DNA from: Patescibacteria group bacterium
Lineage (GTDB): Bacteria; Patescibacteriota; Minisyncoccia; Phycocordibacterales; UBA9973
DNA: 64,000 bases
Direction: 5' to 3'
Assembly (NCBI GenBank): GCA_040390725.1
Contig: JAZJXT010000006.1
Span: 64,367 to 128,366 of the forward strand
Shown here: piece after piece, positions 29,303-39,056 of the stretch
How the letters are laid out: each line of letters starts with the position of its first letter
How positions within the stretch are numbered: position 1 is the first letter of the stretch
Translations under genes and position numbers: made by a program
Notes under the pieces: generated by a model
What the model was told of the DNA's origin: nothing
What the model saw: the letters and a program-made list of their open reading frames with translations, nothing else
The model's database searches: none

Positions 29303-29385
29303 GCCCAGGACAGGACTCGAACCTGCACGCCCTTGCGGGCTTATCCACCTCAAGGATAAATGTCTACCAGTTTCAACACCTGGGC
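29303..29385 (-). tRNA. tRNA-Leu (GAG)
   Basis: Manual fold: acceptor GCCCAGG/CCTGGGC, anticodon stem TATCC/GGATA with loop TTGAGGT (anticodon GAG), long variable arm GCCCGCAAGGGCG, T-arm GCAGG-TTCGAGT-CCTGT. Confidence 0.8.
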
Positions 29386-29453
29386 ATTTTTTGAGTCTAG
29401 CACATTTTTACAAAATTAAAACCCCGTCTCCGGGGCTCTAACTTTTTTTGTTT

Positions 29454-29918
29454 TTATTCTTCTTTTTTAGTTTCTTCAACTTCTGCTTCCACTTCGTCTT
29501 GAGTAAGATTATTTGCAACAGAGCGGAGTTTTCGGCGGACGTCTTTGACGGCTTTTGTTCGCACATAATAGAGCTTGGACCTGCGAGCGCGAGCTTTCTT
29601 TGTAACTTCAATTTTATCAACTAATGGAGAAAATAATGGGAAAATTCTTTCTACTCCCACACCGGATGCTACTCTGCGGACAGTAAATGTCCCCCCGATT
29701 TCTGTACCGTGCTTCCTACCCAACACAATACCTTCAAAACCCTGCAAACGGTATTTCACAGTGCTCTTTTCACCCTTTTTAGTACCCTTTTTTTCTTCGG
29801 CGATTTTGGTCCAAACTCGCACTGTATCACCAGCGCTAAAATCTAGCTTCTTTCGAGCATCCATATCCACCGGACTAAGTTTTATATTGCCTATTTTGTT
29901 CCCTGTCATAATTAGCAC
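29454..29918 (-). CDS. rplS: 50S ribosomal protein L19 (with charged C-terminal extension)
   Basis: FSAGDTVRVWTKI...QGFEGIVLGRKHG...FTVRRVASGVGVERIFPLFSPLVDKIEVTKKA matches the L19 consensus. Confidence 0.9.
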   Translation of the reverse strand: MLIMTGNKIGNIKLSPVDMDARKKLDFSAGDTVRVWTKIAEEKKGTKKGEKSTVKYRLQGFEGIVLGRKHGTEIGGTFTVRRVASGVGVERIFPLFSPLVDKIEVTKKARARRSKLYYVRTKAVKDVRRKLRSVANNLTQDEVEAEVEETKKEE

Positions 29919-29956
29919 ACATTATCACAAAACTTTTTCAAAAGCAACTTACCTTT

Positions 29957-31705
29957 CTAATAAACCTCCTTTTGATAACACTGCTCACAGTAAATAATTT
30001 CTGGACGTTCTGGGGCATAACTTGTTTCAAATTCATTTGGGCAACTTGCCCCGCCTTGGCGTGGGATTCCGCTGTGGTCATGATTTTCTTTCTGACACAT
30101 ACACTGCCTGTGCCAGAGCTTAAATGGATTTCTGCGTTTTATTCTAGCAGCGTGGCGACAGTGAAAACATCTATGCGGAACTGGTATGTTCATTTTTTTA
30201 TAAAAAATTAATTCATTGGGAACAATTTTATAATTCCTCTCACAATCGATACACTTTAAAACTTGCTCTAAAATATCATCACCGACATCTGAAATAGCAT
30301 CCGGAATATTTTCCGGCAATAAAGTTTCTTTACCTGTCGTGCGCTGGGTATTGTCTTGCCACTTAAAACCTCTAGCTAATGCCTGTTCTTTCGTGAGTGG
30401 AAATTCTTCCATCGCTGATGTTTCATTATAACCAAACAAAGAAAGCTCAGCGGGATAAAATTCTCCGTAAGAATATTTGCATCCATTTTTATCAATATAT
30501 GGAATTTCTTCCATTTGTTTTTTTATCTTTTCAACCATTATAAAATAATCTTCTTTGGAGTATTGTTTATTTAAAATACAATAATTTCCTTTTTTCATTG
30601 AAACACAGCCAAATAAATTTTTAGAAGAATGACAATGTTGCGTATAATGCAACTCTTGGCTTTTCACAGAAAAAATTCCAAACAAATTTAACTGAGAATG
30701 ATCAACGGTCACACCGTCATAGCATTCCGTCATTTCACCGGCCGTTGATAAATCATAAGAATTGGTAGGTTTTGCGCAACCATCCATAAATCTGCAATTT
30801 TCAGGTTGTTGAGTGGAAAAAACATCTTTGGAATCTTTGCCATTAAAAATCAAATCCCCTGTGCAATTTTTACTTTGAATAATATAGGCATACCGACGAG
30901 GATAACTCAAAAGAAATTCTTTAAATTCTTTTTTAGCTCTTTCCGTGCCAGCATAAGTATCAAGTTTATATTCTGCTAAAATTTTTTCATAATCTTCTTT
31001 TGTGTATCTTTGATTTTTAAAACAATACTTTTCATTGCGAAGTCCTGTGCACATAAAACAATTCGTACAACCGCGACAATCATACATAAAAGATGAATCA
31101 ACACATGAAATACATAATTGCGCATATTTTAAACGATAAGAACTTTCACAATTAATACATTCATATAGCCATTCTGCTTTATCCATTATATACATGCAGT
31201 CCATCATGTCTTTTGCTCCATAAAGCATATAAGTGCTATACATTATGTTTTCAATTTGCCAAGAATAAAATACCATATAACAATTCTTTGCAAACCAGCA
31301 ATCGTGCGTCCATTGGCAATTTAAACTGGCAATGCCATCATCATTTACAGTGGCGACTTGAGGAACACGTTTTAGTAATTCAAGAAATTGTGTAAAAAAG
31401 GGTTTTGAAAAATCATAATCTTGCGCATAACTTTTTGGATCCCATTTATCTCCAAACCAACATTTATTGCAGTAAACAGTAATGCCTGAATCCGGAGAAT
31501 ATAAAGTAATGCCTGACTTATTACACAATGCACAAGGACGACTATAAAATGAAAGATTATTGCGCCAAGTAAAACGCCTTTGCATTCTGCATCTCGGACA
31601 AAAAGTCGGTGGAGGGACTTTTACCTTTTCATAAAAACCAAAATCATTCGGCTCGATAATAAAGTCGCTGTTACAGTTCTGACATGTTTTAGTTTCACTT
31701 TGCAT
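29957..31705 (-). CDS. large cytoplasmic Cys-rich protein with N- and C-terminal zinc-ribbon-like motifs (paralog 1 of 3); family not recognised
   Basis: 582 aa; N-term C-x2-C-x22-C-x2-C (CQNCNSDFIIEPNDFGFYEKVKVPPPTFCPRCR); C-term homologous ribbon (CIDCERNYKIVPNELIFYKKMNIPVPHRCFHCR); conserved core cluster C-x2-C-x7-DCRGC-x2-C-x2-C; tail NEFETSYAPERPEIIYCEQCYQKEVY identical in all three paralogs. Confidence 0.7.
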   Translation of the reverse strand: MQSETKTCQNCNSDFIIEPNDFGFYEKVKVPPPTFCPRCRMQRRFTWRNNLSFYSRPCALCNKSGITLYSPDSGITVYCNKCWFGDKWDPKSYAQDYDFSKPFFTQFLELLKRVPQVATVNDDGIASLNCQWTHDCWFAKNCYMVFYSWQIENIMYSTYMLYGAKDMMDCMYIMDKAEWLYECINCESSYRLKYAQLCISCVDSSFMYDCRGCTNCFMCTGLRNEKYCFKNQRYTKEDYEKILAEYKLDTYAGTERAKKEFKEFLLSYPRRYAYIIQSKNCTGDLIFNGKDSKDVFSTQQPENCRFMDGCAKPTNSYDLSTAGEMTECYDGVTVDHSQLNLFGIFSVKSQELHYTQHCHSSKNLFGCVSMKKGNYCILNKQYSKEDYFIMVEKIKKQMEEIPYIDKNGCKYSYGEFYPAELSLFGYNETSAMEEFPLTKEQALARGFKWQDNTQRTTGKETLLPENIPDAISDVGDDILEQVLKCIDCERNYKIVPNELIFYKKMNIPVPHRCFHCRHAARIKRRNPFKLWHRQCMCQKENHDHSGIPRQGGASCPNEFETSYAPERPEIIYCEQCYQKEVY

Positions 31706-31720
31706 AACCCCATTATATCA

Positions 31721-33415
31721 CTAATAAACCTCCTTCTGATAACACTGCTCGCAGTAAATAATCTCCGGGCGTTCGGGTGCATAACTTGTTTCAAATTCGT
31801 TTTTGCATCCATTATTCATACACTGCCTGTGCCAGAGTTCGCGTGGATTTCTTATCGCAAATCTTTCCTCCCTTCTGCAGGCCGGGCATTTTTGCGGAAT
31901 AGGCATTCCTGTTGCTCGATAAAAAGAAAGTTCGAGGTTTACTATACGAAAAGCGGTGGAACAATTCGGCGATATATTTACGGTACTATTATTTTGAGAA
32001 GAACACTTTATTATTTGTCCCAAAATATCGTCTGTTGTTTCATTTATGGTTTTAGGAATTTGCGCCGTTTCCATGGTAATTTGGTAATTTCTTTCAGGGC
32101 GGTCATACCAAGCATACCCCGCTTTTAATGCTTCGTCTTTTGAAAGTGGGAAGTAATCATAAGCCACAGACTCATTGTATGCAAATGGCGCTATTATTTT
32201 TGGATCAAAAAACTCTCCCCACTCGCCTGTTTTTTTCATATGCTCTATAATTTTTTCTTTGAGCACAAAATATTCTTCTTTTGAATATTTTTTATTTAAA
32301 ATACAATACTCCTTCTGACGCAAACCCATACAGCCAAAGCATTCCGACAAGGTATTGCACATATCACAATAATAAGAATCACTCATATGAAAAGAACTGC
32401 GAATTGAAATTGAATTTCTTATAAAGGCACACCCTTGAATTTGATATGATAGCTCATTGCTTAAAATTTCTGTTATATCACGGCAGTCTTCTGCTTCCCA
32501 TGCATCCTGCAAATAAGCAGTATCTTTATTTCTTCTGCAATTAAAACTTTCTTTTGTGTTGGCTGTATTCTCCAAATAATCTCCTGAAAAATTAACATTA
32601 TTTGACCCGTGATAATATTTTTTCGGCAAACTTAAAGAAAGTTTTTTTATTTCTTTTTTTGCCCACTCAATATTTTCATGATTCCATAAAAAACTTTTTA
32701 ATTTATTTTGATATTCTTCCGGGGAAAGCTGTTTATTAAACCAGCAATTACTTTTGTTTCGCAAATTTACGCACCCAAAACAATTATTGCATCCTCTACA
32801 ATCTTCGGAAAAATAACAAGAAACACAATTTGAGCAATCTTTTAAATAAGATGACTTGGAACATCTAGCGGAACTCATGCACTCATAAGAATATTCAAAT
32901 TTCTCAACCATATAACAATCGGAACAAAAATAACAATCCTCTTGATACCAATTTCCATACATGCATTTTTCACTACCGTTTGTAGCAGACACCATATAGC
33001 AATCTTTATTATTTTGTAGCTGATTTGAATATTCACAATTTTCATTATTTGATCCTACTAATGCCACATGTGGCACAACATCATGTAAGTCTTTAAATTG
33101 CTCAAAAAACGGACGGGAAAAATCAAAATCCCTGCCGAAAGTAGATGCTTCCCATTTATCGCTCCACCAGCATTCATGGCAATACACCGGAAAAATTACA
33201 TCATCTCGATATATTGAAATAATATTTTTTTTGCATAAATCGCAAGTCCTTTTATTTAAACTCCATTCATTTCTATTTAAAAGTCTTTTGATATAACGAC
33301 ACTCTGGGCAAAAAGTCGGTGGAGGGACTTTTACCTTTTCATAAAAACCAAAATCATTCGGCTCGATAACGAAATCTTTTTTACAGCTTTGGCAATTTCT
33401 GTTTTCACTTTGCAT
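31721..33415 (-). CDS. large cytoplasmic Cys-rich zinc-ribbon protein (paralog 2 of 3)
   Basis: 564 aa; same N-terminal and C-terminal motifs and identical 26-aa tail; divergent central region; 15-bp spacing to paralog 1. Confidence 0.7.
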   Translation of the reverse strand: MQSENRNCQSCKKDFVIEPNDFGFYEKVKVPPPTFCPECRYIKRLLNRNEWSLNKRTCDLCKKNIISIYRDDVIFPVYCHECWWSDKWEASTFGRDFDFSRPFFEQFKDLHDVVPHVALVGSNNENCEYSNQLQNNKDCYMVSATNGSEKCMYGNWYQEDCYFCSDCYMVEKFEYSYECMSSARCSKSSYLKDCSNCVSCYFSEDCRGCNNCFGCVNLRNKSNCWFNKQLSPEEYQNKLKSFLWNHENIEWAKKEIKKLSLSLPKKYYHGSNNVNFSGDYLENTANTKESFNCRRNKDTAYLQDAWEAEDCRDITEILSNELSYQIQGCAFIRNSISIRSSFHMSDSYYCDMCNTLSECFGCMGLRQKEYCILNKKYSKEEYFVLKEKIIEHMKKTGEWGEFFDPKIIAPFAYNESVAYDYFPLSKDEALKAGYAWYDRPERNYQITMETAQIPKTINETTDDILGQIIKCSSQNNSTVNISPNCSTAFRIVNLELSFYRATGMPIPQKCPACRREERFAIRNPRELWHRQCMNNGCKNEFETSYAPERPEIIYCEQCYQKEVY

Positions 33416-33430
33416 ATTTTTGTAAAAATT

Positions 33431-33646
33431 TTAAATATAAAAATCTCTATCGGAGATAGCGGATTGCCTGATAATTGAATGCATCGTTCCAACAGGAATT
33501 TCTTTTTTATTCGCCGGAACGATAACGGTCAGAACTTTTCTTTCATATTTTCTATATTTTATATGGCTTCCGTTTTGAGAAATAAAAATAAAACCGTTCT
33601 TTTCTAAAATTTTTACTACTTGCCTTGAAGAAAAAAGTTTAGGCAT
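33431..33646 (-). CDS. hicA: HicA-family mRNA interferase toxin
   Basis: 71 aa; SRQVVKILEKNGFIFISQNGSHIKYRK fits the HicA/YcfA pattern (KxxExxGxxxxRxxGSHxxY). Confidence 0.7.
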   Translation of the reverse strand: MPKLFSSRQVVKILEKNGFIFISQNGSHIKYRKYERKVLTVIVPANKKEIPVGTMHSIIRQSAISDRDFYI

Positions 33647-33857
33647 ATTTTAAATCCATAGAAAATATTTCCGGGCTTCTGACTTCTTGGAATTTTGGAG
33701 CTTTAACATCTTCAAAATAAAGATCAATGGCTTCGCTCAAGTTTTTCAATGCTTCTTTTTTAGTTTTTCCAAAACTTGAAACATCAACATTTAAACACTG
33801 AGAAACATAGTATTTTCCCTCTTTCCAAACTATATTTTTAAGATTAAAATTCTTCAT
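33639..33857 (-). CDS. hicB: HicB-family antitoxin
   Basis: 72 aa; overlaps hicA by 8 bp; EGKYYVSQCLNVDVSSFGKTKKEALKNLSEAIDLYFE matches the HicB N-domain consensus. Confidence 0.65.
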   Translation of the reverse strand: MKNFNLKNIVWKEGKYYVSQCLNVDVSSFGKTKKEALKNLSEAIDLYFEDVKAPKFQEVRSPEIFSMDLKYA

Positions 33858-33895
33858 ATATTAATAATACCAAAAATCTAAAAACAAGTAAATAT

Positions 33896-35596
33896 CTAAT
33901 AAACCTCTTTCTGATAACACTGCTCACAATATATAATTTCTGGTCTTTCGGGCGCATAACTGGTTTCAAATTCATTTTGACATTTGCTTTGATGTTCATG
34001 ATTTTCTTTTTCACACATACACTGCCTGTGCCAAAGTTTATTTGGTCCACGATTTTTTACTCGTCTTGTATGCCTGCATTCGGGACAATTCCTAGGAATT
34101 GGTATTTCCATTCTTTTATAAAAAGAAAGTTCATCCACAATGATACGATAATTTTTATTGCATTCTACGCAAATAAAAACTTCTTTACCAACATCAAAAT
34201 CCGCCGACAAATCTTTTATTCCATCTGGAAAATTTTTCCAATCCACCGTCTCTTTGCCATAAGTCCCCCGCGGAGTATCTTCCCATTTAAAACCTTTTTC
34301 CAAAGCTTGTTCTTTTGTTAATGGAAATTGTTCCATAACACAAGCTTCATTGTAACCAAAACACGAAAGACTAGCTGGGAAAAAATCTCCGTATTCTCCT
34401 TTTTCTTTCATCTGATTTACTATTTTTTCTTTTAAAATTTTATATTCCTCCGGAGAATATTGTTTATTTAAAATACAATATTTTTTCTGACGCATGCCAA
34501 TGCAACCGAAAAGTTCTTGCGAACCCAGACAGTGAAAAGAATATTCCGCAAATGAAGTCCCCCATGTGAGCAAAGTAACAATATTATTCGAAGCTTCTTG
34601 CCCTGAATTCACACATTGATAATTATTAGTAGAAACACGCCCGACTGTATCGCAATCCATATTGTCTTTTGCATTTCTCCAAGCATGCACGCAATATCTG
34701 CAATCTTCTGCTTCATAAGAGTGAAAACAGTGGTGATTATTTTTAACATTAGTCATATAATTTCCGGTAGAATTTACAACATTAAAAACTTCAGCGAATT
34801 TTCTAGGCTTGTCTTTTATAAAATTTTGAAATTCTTTTTTAAAATTTTCTACGCCGGAAAAAGTATCGAGACGAAAAGATTTTAATTTATTTTCATAATC
34901 TTCTTTGGAATATTTTACATTAAAAATACAATGTGATTGCTGGCGTAAATTGATACAACCTAGGCAACTCGTACATCCACGACAATCAAGTAAAAAAGAA
35001 CTATCTATGCAACTATGACATCCTTTTGAAAAACGAAGGTTGTTACAATCAAAACAATCATCAACTTCGTAAGACAATTCAACTTTATTTGTAAAAGCGC
35101 AATCCACTAATTCTTTTGAAAGCTGAATCCAATAACAATTTGTGCAATTTTCATTATTAGAACTTTCAACAATCATATAACAATTTTTATTGTCGGCAGA
35201 AATATTTATATATTCTGAATTTACGCTGCGCACGTGCATCAACCCGATTCTCGGCACAACATTCCAAAGTTCTTCAAATTGTTCTAAAAAAGTTCTATTC
35301 AAATCATATTCTTTTGCATAGTCCTCTCCTCCCCAGCCATCGGCATTCCAACAATCATTACACCATACAGTGTAAGGTTTGTTCGGACTATACATTGAGA
35401 CTTTATCTTTTTTGCATTTATCACAAGCTCTTTTATAAAAAGTTCTTTCATTTCTAAAAGACAATCGCAACTGCGCTCTGCATTCCGGACAAATTTTTGG
35501 CGGAAGCACACCCATTTTTTCATAAAATCCAAAATCATTCGGCTCGATGACAAAATCTTTTTTACAATTTTGGCATACCTTGTTTTCAGCTTGCAT
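33896..35596 (-). CDS. large cytoplasmic Cys-rich zinc-ribbon protein (paralog 3 of 3)
   Basis: 566 aa; same architecture and identical C-terminal tail; starts 5 bp after the rluA stop. Confidence 0.7.
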   Translation of the reverse strand: MQAENKVCQNCKKDFVIEPNDFGFYEKMGVLPPKICPECRAQLRLSFRNERTFYKRACDKCKKDKVSMYSPNKPYTVWCNDCWNADGWGGEDYAKEYDLNRTFLEQFEELWNVVPRIGLMHVRSVNSEYINISADNKNCYMIVESSNNENCTNCYWIQLSKELVDCAFTNKVELSYEVDDCFDCNNLRFSKGCHSCIDSSFLLDCRGCTSCLGCINLRQQSHCIFNVKYSKEDYENKLKSFRLDTFSGVENFKKEFQNFIKDKPRKFAEVFNVVNSTGNYMTNVKNNHHCFHSYEAEDCRYCVHAWRNAKDNMDCDTVGRVSTNNYQCVNSGQEASNNIVTLLTWGTSFAEYSFHCLGSQELFGCIGMRQKKYCILNKQYSPEEYKILKEKIVNQMKEKGEYGDFFPASLSCFGYNEACVMEQFPLTKEQALEKGFKWEDTPRGTYGKETVDWKNFPDGIKDLSADFDVGKEVFICVECNKNYRIIVDELSFYKRMEIPIPRNCPECRHTRRVKNRGPNKLWHRQCMCEKENHEHQSKCQNEFETSYAPERPEIIYCEQCYQKEVY

Positions 35597-35600
35597 AAAA

Positions 35601-36338
35601 TTATTTTATTAAACTTTTAAACTCCTTCGGCAAAGGTGATTCGATTTTTATTATTTTATTTTTTAGGTTTTTGAATTCTATAACGCGAGCATGAAGAGCT
35701 AAACGTGCAATGCCTTTCGGGCAAGGACCTTTCGGGTCATACAAAAAATCACAAGCGACAGGGTGATTTATAAATTTCATATGAACGCGTATCTGATGCG
35801 TGCGACCGGTTTTTGGATTTATTTCTAGGAAACTAAATTTTACCCCCTCTCCTTTATAAGGAGAGGGTTGGGGTGAGGTGAATCTTTTCAAAACTTTATA
35901 TTCTGTAACTGCCTCGCGAAGTTCCCCCCTAGCTCCACGCCCAGCGAGGCGTCGACGGAAATCAGATGGACTTCTCCCGATTGGTTTATTTATTATGTCA
36001 CGATCTTTTTTTACAAAACCGGAAACGATAGCATTGTAAGTTTTCTTCACTTCCCTTTTTTGAAATTGTTCTTTCAAGAATTCATGAGCTTTTTGGTTTT
36101 TTGCTAAAAGTAAAACTCCAGAAGTATCTTTGTCTAATCTATGCACCACACCCGAACGCTTTATTTCTACGCCTTCATATATTGCAGGCTCACCGACATC
36201 TTTCGATTTTGGATAATTTTTCGCAAACCAATCCGAAATAGTCTTTTCTTTGCTTCTACCGTCAGGGTGCACTGAAATACCTGAAGGCTTATCTATGGCC
36301 ACTATGTCTTTATCTTCATACAAGACCTTTATTTTCAT
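35601..36338 (-). CDS. RluA-family pseudouridine synthase
   Basis: HRLDKDTSGVLLLAKN catalytic Asp motif; 245 aa. Confidence 0.85.
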   Translation of the reverse strand: MKIKVLYEDKDIVAIDKPSGISVHPDGRSKEKTISDWFAKNYPKSKDVGEPAIYEGVEIKRSGVVHRLDKDTSGVLLLAKNQKAHEFLKEQFQKREVKKTYNAIVSGFVKKDRDIINKPIGRSPSDFRRRLAGRGARGELREAVTEYKVLKRFTSPQPSPYKGEGVKFSFLEINPKTGRTHQIRVHMKFINHPVACDFLYDPKGPCPKGIARLALHARVIEFKNLKNKIIKIESPLPKEFKSLIK

Positions 36339-36474
36339 AATTTTAGGATTATAACATAAATATTTATGAATATTTGACTATTTAATATGTATTTATGATA
36401 TAATAAATCTATTAAAAAGTTATTATTAAATTAATCTGCCCCGAAAAACTTTTTTAAGTTGGGGTAAAAAAATT

Positions 36475-37806
36475 ATGAAAAAAATATTTAGTTTTAGTTT
36501 GGGTTTTCTAGTAGTGTTAGGACTTTTAGTTTGTACTAATTTCGCATCAGCGCAAAATACTACAAACCAAGCTCCTTTCTTTGATCAATATACAGTACAA
36601 GATGTTTGGTTTGATTCTGCAGTCGCTGCAAATGTTGATTTCCAAATACCGTCTGCATACACTGGCGCGGACAAAGTCACTCCAGTGAATGTAACTTGTG
36701 ATCACACATCAGGTGCACTTTTTCAGCCAGGTAGAACTGTAGTTACTTGTACAGCAACAAACAATGACAAAACTGCAGAAGCATTCCTAAGAGTTTGGGT
36801 GCGAACAGGAACAACACCAATAATTAACCTTACTTATACTTCCCCTAGCCAAATAATAGACGGAAGAGGCGGACTTGAGGTGACAGAAACATCAAGCGGC
36901 TCAGGAATTGCTGTAAATTACACCTACGATCTTAATTTAAAAGATTACTCTGGAAACAACAGCGTAAAAGCTGACTCTATTTCTTGTACTCCAGCATCAG
37001 GAAGTGTCTTCTTTTCAGGTATTACCCCGATAACCTGTACTGCAAATAAATCAGCCCAATCTAGTGGTGCTCAAATAATCATTCAAGAACAATCCGGAGT
37101 CGTAGTAGTACATGCAGCATCAGGTGGAACTCCAAGTACAGGAAATTGTTCTGATGGGATAATGAATGGAGATGAAACTGGGGCTGATACTGGCGGTAGA
37201 TGTGGAAGCCCAAGCAGTAACACTTGCCCTTCAGGATACACAGGCACATACCCTAATTGTACAGCTCCTAGTAACAACAGTCATGTAGTTGTATATGGTG
37301 CAAGTGGTTATTCTGCAATACCACTTTACAATAACAACACAAATACTGTTTGCCCTGGACAATCAATGACCATAGCTCCAAATGGAACAGTTAGATGTGT
37401 AACTATTGTAGCAGTGGCAAAATCTTGCGCAGTTGGACAATTATTCAATACAACGAATGGTTTACCTTGTTCAGGTTTAACTAACACTTTAAATAATACT
37501 ACATTATCTTTAAAAGTATTCGTATTCCAGAAAAAAGTTGGCAAGCTTGCAATCGGTACTACTGCGAAGGCATATGCGCAAGAAGTTCTAGTATTACAAC
37601 AATGGTTAAATATTCACGGTTTCATTCTAGCAACAACAGGTGCTGGATCACCGGGCCACGAAACAACAGTTTACGCAGTCAGAACTAAAAATGCAGTGAT
37701 GGCATTCCAAAGGGCTAACCCACCACTCAACGTAGATGGAATATTCGGACCATTAACAATGGGAGTAATAAATAAAATTCTAGCAAAAGAAGGCGGACTT
37801 CAATAA
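36475..37806 (+). CDS. secreted protein with C-terminal peptidoglycan-binding domain
   Basis: Signal peptide; Thr/Ser/Cys-rich repeats; C-terminal QQWLNIHGF...AVMAFQRANPPLNVDGIFGPLT is PG_binding_1-like. Confidence 0.6.
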   Translation: MKKIFSFSLGFLVVLGLLVCTNFASAQNTTNQAPFFDQYTVQDVWFDSAVAANVDFQIPSAYTGADKVTPVNVTCDHTSGALFQPGRTVVTCTATNNDKTAEAFLRVWVRTGTTPIINLTYTSPSQIIDGRGGLEVTETSSGSGIAVNYTYDLNLKDYSGNNSVKADSISCTPASGSVFFSGITPITCTANKSAQSSGAQIIIQEQSGVVVVHAASGGTPSTGNCSDGIMNGDETGADTGGRCGSPSSNTCPSGYTGTYPNCTAPSNNSHVVVYGASGYSAIPLYNNNTNTVCPGQSMTIAPNGTVRCVTIVAVAKSCAVGQLFNTTNGLPCSGLTNTLNNTTLSLKVFVFQKKVGKLAIGTTAKAYAQEVLVLQQWLNIHGFILATTGAGSPGHETTVYAVRTKNAVMAFQRANPPLNVDGIFGPLTMGVINKILAKEGGLQ

Positions 37807-37812
37807 ATAATA

Positions 37813-39051
37813 ATGGCACTTTTTGACGATAAAAAAAAAGATAAAGACCCATTGAAAGACCTCGATGGAGCAGATGATCAGACTTCAATCATAAAATTGG
37901 TTGATGGGCTTATTGAAAGTGCCCAGAAAAATAATGCTTCAGATATTCACCTCGACCCGCAAGAAGATGGTATATTGGTGCGCATGCGCATAGACGGAAT
38001 TTTACAAGATCTTTATCATGTCCCAAAATCCATCCACTCAGAAGTAGTTTCACGTCTTAAAATCTTGACTGGCTTACGTACTGATGAACACCAGATGGCG
38101 CAAGATGGCAGATTTCGACATATTTTCAAAGATAATACTTTTGTGGATATACGTGTCTCTGTCTCGCCGACTTATCACGGAGAAAATGTAGTTCTTCGTT
38201 TACTTTCTGATAAATCACAAAATTACACACTCGATAGTTTGGGTTTTTCGGAAGCAGACCAAGAAAAAATAAAAACTGCTATCAAAAAACCAAACGGAAT
38301 GGTGCTGGCTACAGGTCCGACAGGATCAGGAAAAACAACTACGCTTTATACATTGATAAAAATGTTAAATTCTAAAGAAATTTCCGTACTAACTATCGAA
38401 GACCCTATCGAATACGCTATCGAAAACGTAGAACAAATACAGGTAAATCCTCACGCAGGACTCACCTTTGCAAACGGCCTCCGCACAATTTTGCGACAAG
38501 ACCCAAACATAATAATGGTAGGAGAAATCCGTGACCCGGAGACTGCAACTATCGCCGTCAACACCGCCCTTACCGGTACATTATTATTGTCTTCCCTTCA
38601 CACCAATGACGCTGCGACGACGATGCCGAGACTTTTGGAAATGGGTATCGAGCCATACCTCGTAGCCTCTACTATGAACATTGCTATCGCTCAACGTCTC
38701 GTACGAAAAATCTGTGAGCATTGTAAAAAAGAAAAAAAACTTACAAAAGCAATAGTGGAAAGCCTTTCTCATGTTCAGCTTTCCACCCCGCTCAAAGCCG
38801 GAGAAGTATTTTTTGCGGGAGCAGGTTGCACTAAATGCACCGGCAGTGGATACGCAGGCAGAATCGGCATCAATGAAGTGTTGGTGGTTGACCAAGAAGT
38901 CCGCGATGCTATCTTGGCCCGAGTGCCATCCGGAGAAATAAAAAAAATAGCTATGAAAAATGGCATGACTAGCATGATAGAAGACGGCTTCAATAAAGCT
39001 CGAGCAGGACAAACAACTATCGAAGAAGTCTTGCGAGTCGTTAACGAATAA
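37813..39051 (+). CDS. pilB: type IV pilus assembly ATPase, GspE/PilB family
   Basis: Walker A GPTGSGKTTTLYT, Asp/His boxes, tetra-Cys motif (CEHCKK...CTKCTGSGY) typical of PilB/GspE; short N-terminus. Confidence 0.85.
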   Translation: MALFDDKKKDKDPLKDLDGADDQTSIIKLVDGLIESAQKNNASDIHLDPQEDGILVRMRIDGILQDLYHVPKSIHSEVVSRLKILTGLRTDEHQMAQDGRFRHIFKDNTFVDIRVSVSPTYHGENVVLRLLSDKSQNYTLDSLGFSEADQEKIKTAIKKPNGMVLATGPTGSGKTTTLYTLIKMLNSKEISVLTIEDPIEYAIENVEQIQVNPHAGLTFANGLRTILRQDPNIIMVGEIRDPETATIAVNTALTGTLLLSSLHTNDAATTMPRLLEMGIEPYLVASTMNIAIAQRLVRKICEHCKKEKKLTKAIVESLSHVQLSTPLKAGEVFFAGAGCTKCTGSGYAGRIGINEVLVVDQEVRDAILARVPSGEIKKIAMKNGMTSMIEDGFNKARAGQTTIEEVLRVVNE

Positions 39052-39056
39052 AAATT

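Noticed and set aside
29115-29441. 108-aa plus-strand ORF
   Set aside because: Overlaps the C39 peptidase gene end and the whole tRNA-Leu on the opposite strand; no coding signature.
31580-32128. 182-aa plus-strand ORF, with similar ones at 29972-30211 and 33977-34321
   Set aside because: Antisense to the Cys-rich paralogs; created by their repetitive codon usage.
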